Origin: an uncultured virus (IMG/VR IMGVR_UViG_2627853969_000002)
Taxonomy: Duplodnaviria; Heunggongvirae; Uroviricota; Caudoviricetes
Reading direction: 5' to 3' (one strand)
Virus record (IMG/VR): IMGVR_UViG_2627853969_000002
Length of the DNA: 37,378 bases
Shown here: in pieces, positions 28,660 to 37,378 of the stretch
How positions within the stretch are numbered: the first letter of the stretch is position 1
Layout of the letters: each line of letters starts with the position of its first letter
Program-made: the position numbers and the translations under genes
Notes under the pieces: model-generated
Databases searched by the model: none
What the model saw: only the letters and a program-made list of their open reading frames with translations
Told to the model about the DNA's origin: nothing

Positions 28660-31600
28660 GCGCGCTGTGCAACGCCCCCTGCGCCAGGTTCAGCGCCGCC
28701 GAGGTCACCGACACCGTCAACCCGCCTTGCTTGAACGCCGTCTTCTGCGCGCTGTCGCTGGTGTCATGTACCTCGGTAATCGCGATGGCCTTGGCCTTGG
28801 CGGTGATGTCGCCTTGCAACGCCATCACATCGCTGCCGGTGATCGCCAGCGTGTTGCCCGCCACCATCGTCACGTTGCCGTCCAGGCTGCCCACCGTGCT
28901 GCCGGTGTGGGTCAGCGTGCTGCTGGTGGCATCGGTCTTGAGCGATTGCTTGCCGTAGGTGACGCTGAGGCCACCATTGCCGAACAGGCCGCTCTTCTTG
29001 CGCTGGCTGTCGTGTTCTTCGCTGTGCGTGTTCTGCGCCGTCTCCAGGGTGAGGTTGTTGCCGGCGGCCAGCACCACATCGCCGGTGCCAACGATCTGCG
29101 CGCCTTGCGACAACAGATCGTTGCCCGCCGCGATCTGCACCGTGTCGCCACTCAGGCTGCTCGTCACCGCAATGCTGTCGTGGCTCTCGTCGTGCGTGGT
29201 CGTCGTCTTGCTGGAGAGGAACTTTTTCTTGCGCGTTTGCTCGTCCACCACGCTGTCGTGTTGTTCCTGCGTCGCCGTCAGCGCCACGTCGTGGCCGGCG
29301 GCCAGGGCGATGGCCCCGTTCTGGCTGGCGACCGCCGTCGATGCCAGGGTCAGGTCGTTGCCTGCGCGCATCACGATGTCGCCACCTGCACCCAGTTGCG
29401 TGCCTTGCACGTGTTCATCGTGGGTGGAGGTAACCAGCGAGTGGCGCTTGCTCACGCTGCTGTTGGACTGCGTGCGGCTGTCCACCACCGCCTGGCTATC
29501 GATGTCGTGGCCGGCCTGCACCGCCAGCGTCTTGCCGGCGCCGATCTGCGCTGCTTGCAAGGTCACATCGTGGCCCGCCGCCAGCACCATGTCGCTACCG
29601 GCACTCAGTTGCGTGCCTTGCACGTGTTCGTCGCTGGTCGACGCCACCCGCGTGCTGCGCCCGTTCATTCTGCTGCTTGACTGCGTATGAGTGTCAGTCA
29701 CCGCCTGACTGTCGATATCGTGACCGGCCTGCAGCGCCAGCGTCTTGTCCGCGCCGATCTGCGCTGCTTGCAAGGTCACATCGTGGCCCGCCGCCAGCAC
29801 CACGTCGCCCGCGCCTTGCACGCTGCTCACCGCATGCGTGGTCTCGCTGCTGCGTTGGTAGTTGCCTGCATTGCGCGTGGCGTCGGTACTGCGGGTGAGC
29901 GTCTGCGCGCCCAGTGTCAGGTCGTGACCAGCCACCAGTTGGGTCACCCCGTCGGTGCCGGCGTTGCGCACCTGCGCGCCCTGCAGGGTCACGTCGCCAC
30001 CGCCCACCACCGACAGGATGCCGCTGCCGTTGGTCCCGGTGACGTATAGCCCGGCCACGCGTGGGATCTGTGTGGTCGCGTACTGATGTCTGTCACCTCC
30101 TTGCAGAGTATCCACCGTAGAGGTCACATTGATGCTGCCCGCCGCCTTGACGCTCAACGCATCCACTGCGCTCACGCTCGCGCCATGGATGTCGATGTCG
30201 CTGGCCGAGGTCAGCGCCACTTGGTTGCCGCTGATGCTGCCGCCCAGGTGCTCGATCCGACCCGCATCCAAGGACACCAGTTGCCGACCGGCGATGGTGC
30301 CGGTGTTGGTCAGCGTGCCGCTCACATGTGCATCGACATTAGCCCCGGCCAGCAACGCGCCGCCGCTGTCCAGGTCGCCCGGATGCAGGCGCAGGTACAC
30401 GTGCGGCACCAGCGCCGTCGTCGTGCGGCCATCGGGCAGGGTCACCGTCTGTGCCACCAGCCACACGATGTCGCTGGTCAATTGCGCCATCTGCGCTGCG
30501 GTCAGCGCCACGCCCGGACGCAGGCCCCAGGCCTTGCCCACCGTCGCGCCGGCATCCAGCAGCGCCTGGTATTGCGCTTCGTCGCTGCTATACCCCTCCA
30601 GGAAGCGACGCCCGGTCAGTTGCCCGATCTGCTCGCGTACTAGCTTCTGTTCGTAGTAGCCATCGCCCAGGCGTTGTTGCAGGGTGTCGGCGTTGTAGCC
30701 CAGTTGCTTGAGCTGAGCATCGGAACTGAGCCAGGTGCGGTAGTTGGCGAAGCGCGGATCGGTCTCTACCAGCGCGTGGCCGCTGTTGGGTTGCACGCTG
30801 AACAGGCTGGCGCTGGGCAACTGCGTGTCCGGCACACCCATCACGATGCGGTCCGGCGAGCCGCCGGCGGCGTTGACTGCCATGCTGCCTTGGCCGTTGA
30901 CGCCATCGATGGCGTGCTGCGTGACGCCCGCTTGCGCGACACCATTGGCTGCCACCGCGTACGGGCCGTGCAGCGGACCGGAACCGCCACCGCCGATGGT
31001 CGCCTGATCACCCTGCACATCCAGGTTCGCCAGCACCGTCGCATTTTGCACGTTGGGCGCAGTAGGGCCCTGGTTGATGTTGCTCAGATTACCTACGTTG
31101 ATCTGCAGCGTGCCACCACTGGTGATCGAGCCGCCGACATAGCCGATCGGCGTGATGATCGTTGGGTCACTCCACGTTTTGTAATCTTCACCGCTCGAAC
31201 CATAGGCGGTGTATTCAGTATCGTCGTAGCGGTACAGCGTCTTCGACAGGTTAGTCACGCTGGCCGCGCCGGTGATGCCGTCGATGCTCAGGTCGCCGCC
31301 GGCGGCGATGCGTGCGTAGGTGTTGTGCAGGTTATCGGTGACGAGGTGCATCGCGCCGCCGGCGTGGATCACCGCATCTGGGCCCGCACCCGGTTGCAGC
31401 ACATCCTCTTGCGTGACGTGCTCGACAGCGATGTATGGCTTAGAACCATAATAGGCGCCCTGGTGTGGTGACTCCCTGTAGCGCGAAGTGATCTTGGTAA
31501 TCACCACTACATCGCGAACGTTATTAATCGCGCTGGCATGCAGCGCCAGCGTGCCGGCGATCTCGATGGTCGAGCCGAGGTTGTCCACCCGATTGGCATT

Positions 31601-34600
31601 GCCGGTGGCCTGGCTGTTGCCATCCAGCGCACCGCCGATGGCCGCATCGCCATCGCTGTAGATCAAGCCGCCGTCGGTGTTGCTCAATTGGCCCACGCCG
31701 ATGTCCAGGCGCTGGCGCGCGGCCACGGTGCCGGCCTGGGTCACCCCGGCCACGGTCTCGGCACGGTTGAGCAAGGTGCCAGCGGCGATGGCGACGTGAT
31801 CCCCATACACCCGCCCGCTGCCCACGTTGTCCAGGATGGCCGCTTGCAGTTGCGTCAGCGCGCCGTCGATCAAACCCCGGTTGGTCAATTGCCCGCTGGC
31901 CTGCACGTGGGTGACGCCCTGACTGCTCAGCTCCCCGCTGGCGGCGTTGTCCACATTGGCGGCAGACAGATCCAGATTGTTCGCGCGCAGCACGCCCTGG
32001 TTGCGCAGATCGCCGTCGGTGTGCACGGACAGGTTGCCGTTGGCGATCAGTTGCCCGGTATTGGTCAGGGTGTCGTGCAAGTTCAGGCTCAGATCGCCCT
32101 GGGATTGCACTTGTCCATCGCCGCTGAGCGCACGCGCGGCTACGAACTGGTTGCCCTGCGAGCGCAGCATGCCGCCGGTGTTGGTGACCGCATCGGCGCG
32201 CGTGGTCAGGCTGCCGGCCGCGGCGATCTGCCCTCCGCTGTTGTCCAGGGCCGTGCTCATTTGCACGCTGCTGCTGCCATTGCTCAGCAGCTGGCCCTGC
32301 TGGTTGTTCAGCGCCTGCGCCTGCAGTTGCAGTTGCCCGGCCTGCACGCCCAGCGTGTTGCCGGCGGTGAAGGTGTTGCGGTTGTCCAGCGTGGCCGCGG
32401 TGAGGCTGAGCAGGCCATTGGACGCCAGTAGTCCGGCTTGGTTGTTCACGTCCCCGCTCAGCGCCAGGGCCAGGCTCTGGCCACCCTGAACCCGACCGCC
32501 AGCGTTGTTCAGGCTCGCCGCGTTCAGCGCCAGATTGCCCGCCGCGCTCAGGCTGCCGGCGGCGCTGTTGTCCACGCCGCTCAGACCCAGGCGCGCATCG
32601 CCCTGCGCAAAGACCACGCCGCCGCGGTTGTCCAGGCTGCCGCCGTCCACTTGCAGGCGACCACCGGCCAGCAGGCCGCCGGTGGCGCCGGAGCCGGTGT
32701 TGACGATGGCCTGACCGTCGGTCTGCACCGACAGGTCGGTCTTGGCTTGCACCCGTCCGCCGGCGTTAGTCAATGCGCCGCTGTGCACGGACAGCGCGCC
32801 GCTCTGGCTGCCCAGGGTGCCGTTGCTGTTGTCCAGTGCCTGTCCTTGCGTCTCGACGCTCAACGTCCGGCCGACCACGCTGCCGCCCCGGTTGGACAAC
32901 CCGGCGCTCTGCAATTGCACAGCCCCGTTCGCCTGGAGCAGGCCCGCATCGTTATCCAGCGCGCCGCCGAGCTGCGCGCTCAGGTCGCCGCCGGCCACGA
33001 CGTTCCCGGTACCGCTGTTGTCCAGCGTACCCGCCGTCAAGGCCAGTTGACCGGCGCTGGAGATCACACCGTGGGCGTGGTTGTCCAGCGTTCCGTCCAC
33101 CTGCACTTGCAAGGTGCTACCGGCGGCGGTGAGCGTGCCGGCCTGGTTGACCAGGCTGCCGGCGCTGAGCTGCCCCGCGCCACCCAGCAGCAACTTGCCT
33201 TGCTGGTTCTGCAGGTCCTGGGTGATGTGTAACGTCGACAGGCCCTGGCCCGCCGCCTGCACGCTGCCCTGCGCATTGAGCAGGCGCTGCGCCTGCACCG
33301 CCAGCACGCCGTTGCCGGCGAGCGTGCCGCCGGTATTGTCCAGCGTGCCGTCCACATGCAGGGTCAGGGCCTGCGTGCCGCTGGCGGTCAGGTGGCCGCC
33401 GGCGGTGCTGAGCGTGCCGGTGCTGATGCCGATGGTCTGCGCCGAGGTAGTGGCCTGGCCCAGGTCGGTGCTCTGCCCGGTGATGCCCAGCGTGCCGTTG
33501 CTGATGATGCTGCCGCCGCGGCCATGGAGCGTGTCCGCCGCGATCTGCAACTGCCCGGTGCCGGCGTGCTGGATCGCACCCTGGGTGTTGTCCAGCGTCG
33601 TCGCTTGCAGGGTCAGGTCGCCATTGCTGGCCACCGTGCCGCCAGCGTTGTTCAACGTCTGCGCATGCAGCACGCTGGCATCGCTGCCGCTGGCCACGAT
33701 CCGCCCGCCGCCGCTGTTGTCCAGCGTGCCGGCCTGTACCTGGACGCTGGCCGCGCCCAAGGTCCCCTGGCGTTGCTCCACCGTGTCGGCCGTCAGGGTC
33801 AGCGCGGCGCTGCTGACGATGCTGCCTTGCGTGTTGTCCACGCCGTTGGCGCTGAGCGTCAGGCCCTGCGCGCCGGCATGGCTGAGCGTGCCGTGGGCGT
33901 TGAGCAGTTGATCGGCGCTGATGGACAGGTGGTTGCCGTTGCTCGCCACGGTGCCCTGGGTGTTGTCCAGTTGCCCGCTCACCACGATGGCGCTGTCCGC
34001 GCTGCCCGCAGCGGTCAAGGTGCCGCCGCCATTGTCCAATGCGCCGGCCTGGAGATTGATCCCCGCGTTGCTGAGCAGGCGACCGCCATGGTTGTTGAGG
34101 GCGCCCTGCACTTGCAGTGCCAGCGTCTGTGCGCCCAGCGAGGTCAATTGCCCGCCGGCGGTGCTCAGGCTGTCGGCGTGGAGGCCGATCCACTGCGCCG
34201 CAGTGGTCCCCCCGCTCAGATCGATCGCCCCGCCGCTCAGGCTCAACCCGCCGTTACTGAGCAGGCGGCCACCGCTGCCGGTCAGGCTGCCGGCGGCGAT
34301 CTGCAACAGCCCCGTTCCCGCCTGTTGCACCTGGCCACCGGCATTGCCGAAGGTCCCGGCCCCCAGGTTCAGATCGCCATTGCTGGCGATGCTGCCACCG
34401 GCACCGTTGTCCAGCAGATCGCGCACCTGCACGCTGGCCGCCTGCGGGCCGGTGGACAGCAGGGTGCCGCCGCGGTTGTCCAGACTGTCGGCTTGCACGT
34501 CCAGGACGCTGGCGCTGGTCGTGGCGGCGCGATGGTCGAGGGTGCCGGCACGCCACACCAGCGCACCCGGCGTGGCGATCTGCCCGCCCGCCCCGGACCA

Positions 34601-36484
34601 GTCCTGCGCGGTCAGGGTCAGGCCCTGCGTGCCGCTGTGGGTGATGTGGCCATTGACGTTGACCACCGTCTGCGCGTCCAGTTGCCACGCCGCCGCGTTG
34701 CTGGACAGCACCCCGCCGGTGTTGTCCAGCAGGCCCTGCACATGCCAGGCGCTCGCATCGCTGCCGCCGTGACGCAGGCTGCCGCCCTGGTTGCTCAACG
34801 ACGCCGCGCTCAGACCCAGCGCGTTGGCCACGTCCAGATGGCCCTGGTCGTTGACCAGCGCACCGAGTTGCAGATCCGCATCGCCGTACACCGCCAGGGT
34901 GCCGGCCCGGTTGATCAGGTCCCCGCGCACGTTCAGTGCCGCCACACCCAGACGCCCGGCGCTGTTGTCCAGCCCGGCGGCCACCGACACGGCGATGGGG
35001 CCAGCGCCCTCGATGCGCCCGCCGTCGTTGTCCAGCGCGCCGGCGATGGTCAACAGGCCCGGCGCCAGGAGAGTGCTGTTCGTCTGCCCCCCGCTCTGGC
35101 CGGAGGTGCTGCCGGCGGTGCTGCCGTTGCCTGCACTGCCGCCGGCACTGGACTGACCGTTGCCAGCCCCCGTGCCACTGCCACTGCCCGCGCCATTGCC
35201 GCTGCCACTGGCGGCGCCTTGCGCGTCCGCCGCCACGGTGCCCAAGCTCCCCTGGGCGCGATTGCTCAGGCTGCCGGCGTTCACTCCCAGCGCCTGCAGG
35301 CCGGTCTGCTCGATCTTGCCGCCCTGGTTGCGCAACGCCGCCGCCGCGAGCTGCAAGCGCTGCGCGTTGAGCGTGCCGCCACTGTTGTCGATCTCGGCGG
35401 CGGTGTTGACCTGCAGGGTGCCCCCCGCACTCACCACACCGGCATTGGCGATGCCGCCGCTGGCCGCGAGCTGCGTGTCCTGCTGCGATTGCAACGCGCC
35501 GCTGTTCTCCAGACGGCCATCGACGGTGACGACCAGTTCGCCCGCCTGCGCACCCAGATTGCCGGCGTTGCGCACGCCCACGCCGTGTTCGTTGCCGATC
35601 AGCCAGATCTTGTTGGCGAACATGCCGCCCAGCGCCCCGACATCCAGCGCGAACGCCGGCGCTGCGCCACTGGCCGCCTGTGCGGTGATCTGGCGCTGGT
35701 CGGCGCTGACCACGTTGTTGCCCAGCACCGCCTGCACTTGTTTGGCCCAAATGCCCGCGTTGACCTGCACCGCGCGCGCCAGCAACCCGGTGTAGTCGGT
35801 CCGACTGGCATCTAACCCGGCGCCACTGATCTGGATCGTCCCGCCGCTCACCCGATACCCATCCAGCGCGCCGTTGGTGACGATCGGTGTGCCGGTGGTC
35901 AACGTGACCCGACTGGCGTTGAGGAAGCCGCCGCCATCGACCTGGATGCCGGCCGGATTGGCGATCACCACTTCCGCCCGCGCCCCGGCCACTTCCACGT
36001 AGCCGCCCAGGTGGCTGACCGGCCCGTTGACCTCGTTGAGGATCACCTTGGCACCGGTGGACAGCCACGGATTGCCCTGCACCCAGCCGCCCAGTTGGGT
36101 CTGGCTCTGCACGGGAGAGTTGTTGAGGATCGCCCCCTGCCCACCCACGTCGAACTGGCTGTAGGTGTTGCGCGACACCCCCGCCGCCGAGGGCGTGGTG
36201 ATGTTCACCAATGGCACGCCATTGCCCGCGTTGAGCACGGTCGGGCGCTGCGCGCCGGGGGCCGTGGGATCGGCGACGATGCGGCCGAGCGACTGCGCAT
36301 GCGCTGCGGTGGACACACACACGCCACCCAACACATAGCACAGCGCCCAGCACAAGCGGGTCACCCGCGTCGGGCCCGCGTCCGCGCCGCCCAACCCACC
36401 GCCCGCCGGGCGGCGCACCTGTTCGGAGGCGACCTGCCACACGCGCAGAGCCCGGTTGAACACCAGTCGATAGATGCGATTCAT
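28660..36484 (-). CDS. fhaB: Filamentous haemagglutinin / CdiA-like TpsA exoprotein (C-terminus lost in gap)
   Basis: ESPR-type start MNRIYRLVFNRALRVWQVASE; TPS domain (NPWL, NPAGI); many LDNxGG repeats; ETDPRF...RLGDGYYEQKLVREQI block; FHA-2 repeats. Confidence 0.92.
29377..29802 (-). repeat. 213-bp (71-aa) tandem duplication within the FHA-2 region
   Basis: LAAGHDVTLQAAQIGA.KTLA.QAGHDIDSQAV...DEHVQGTQL occurs twice at a 213-bp offset. Confidence 0.85.
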
Positions 36485-36511
36485 GTCACTGCTCCTTGTG
36501 AGCGCTTATTT

Positions 36512-37184
36512 TTAGAGGTGCCAGGTCAGGCTGAGGCCGAACGTGCTGTAAGACGTGGAAAAATGCGGCGGAGTGTGTAGGGGCGCGCCAACGAAGCCGT
36601 CCACGCTGACGTGCTGCCACGTGCCACGCAGGCCCAGCGCCAGGCCGGTCAGGTCCTGGCCCGTTTGCAAGCGCGCCGACGGCCCCCCGGTCCGCCCGGT
36701 ATCGGCGGCTAGATAGGCTTCCAGGCCACTGCCCAGCACCAGGCCCAGTTCGTTGCGCAGCAGCCAGCCGCGCTCGCCGCTGAGCGTCACTTCCCCATCG
36801 AAGCCACGCACCGTGTAGCGTCCGCCGATGGCAAAACGGTCCTGCGGCGACAGCGGCGTGCGGTTCCACTGCCCACGCCAGGCGGCGGTGTAGCGCAGAC
36901 GCTGGGTGCCAAGCTGGAACGGCACCACCAATTGCGCATCGGCCAGGATCAACGCCATCCGCGAAGTTCCCTCCAGCGGCAACTGCGGAGCGAAGGCGTG
37001 CGCGCGCTCCTCCGGCGCACGCAGCGCGCCGAACGCGCCGGTGCCACGCCGATAGGCGACACTGCCATCCAACGTGGCCTTGCCAAAGAACTGGCGATCG
37101 GTCAGCCCCAGTTCCCAGCCGGCGGTGCGCCGACGCTGCACCAGGATCTCGGTGTCGTCGATGGCGCTATTGGATTGCCGCCAC
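36512..37184 (-). CDS. fhaC: ShlB/FhaC/CdiB family TpsB transporter (3' fragment)
   Basis: IDDTEI.VQRRR, IGGRYTVRGFDGE, amphipathic beta C-terminus; directly upstream of TpsA gene, which has an AAGGAG RBS. Confidence 0.92.
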
Positions 37185-37335
37185 NNNNNNNNNNNNNNNN
37201 NNNNNNNNNNNNNNNNNNNNNNNNNNNNNNNNNNNNNNNNNNNNNNNNNNNNNNNNNNNNNNNNNNNNNNNNNNNNNNNNNNNNCAAGCACGTGTCTTAT
37301 CAGCATTGTGGAGCGTTTGGCTTTTGATGGTGCAA

Positions 37336-37367
37336 TAAAAAATCCCCGTCTTTTAGGGACGGGGATT
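37336..37367 (-). terminator. Stem-loop, probable Rho-independent terminator on the minus strand
   Basis: AATCCCCGTC-TTTTAGG-GACGGGGATT 10-bp stem; A-run on + gives a T-tract on -. Confidence 0.45.
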
Positions 37368-37378
37368 AGGGGTGAAGC

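Noticed and set aside
25751..36484. 3577-aa ORF that looks like a haemagglutinin-NRPS fusion
   Set aside because: The junction is exactly the 100-N scaffold gap (28560-28659); read-through of Ns is an artefact joining two unrelated genes.
20000..36580. Many long ORFs antisense or out of frame to the NRPS and TpsA genes (e.g. 33356-35815, 34254-36440, 23646-24908)
   Set aside because: Expected shadow ORFs of high-GC coding DNA with no recognisable motifs.
17590..37378. Functional linkage between the virB6, NRPS and TPS blocks as one island
   Set aside because: These blocks are separated by scaffold gaps of nominal size, so their adjacency and order are unverified.

Overview
Gapped scaffold (100-N gaps at 19883-19982, 28560-28659, 37185-37284; single N at 18441 and 25871), probably from a Xanthomonas-like bacterium (inferred from the VirB6, NRPS and FhaB styles). 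1-17590 is the distal half of a prophage late operon: head-tail connectors, a complete Mu-like contractile tail and baseplate module (with a -1 frameshift in the tail chaperone), a very unusual tail-fibre locus and a lysis cassette. The fibre is a Mu-type baseplate anchor followed only by 74 prolines (66 uninterrupted) and a terminal Gly-Gly. It is followed by a putative chaperone, an asparagine-synthetase-like PP-loop ATPase, a small ABM-like protein, a cupin and a plant/algal-type prolyl 4-hydroxylase. This is the best candidate here for an undescribed system: a phage-encoded tail-fibre modification cassette. An AT-rich membrane-protein gene is inserted in the cassette between ~78-bp diverged direct repeats. 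After the prophage come two paralogous virB6 fragments, a three-module NRPS fragment (dual E/C-A[Tyr]-T-C-A[Asn]-T-C-A[Tyr]) and a partial two-partner secretion pair (FhaB/CdiA-like, FhaC/CdiB-like). Adjacency across the N gaps is not established. All family calls come from motif recognition by eye; no searches were run.
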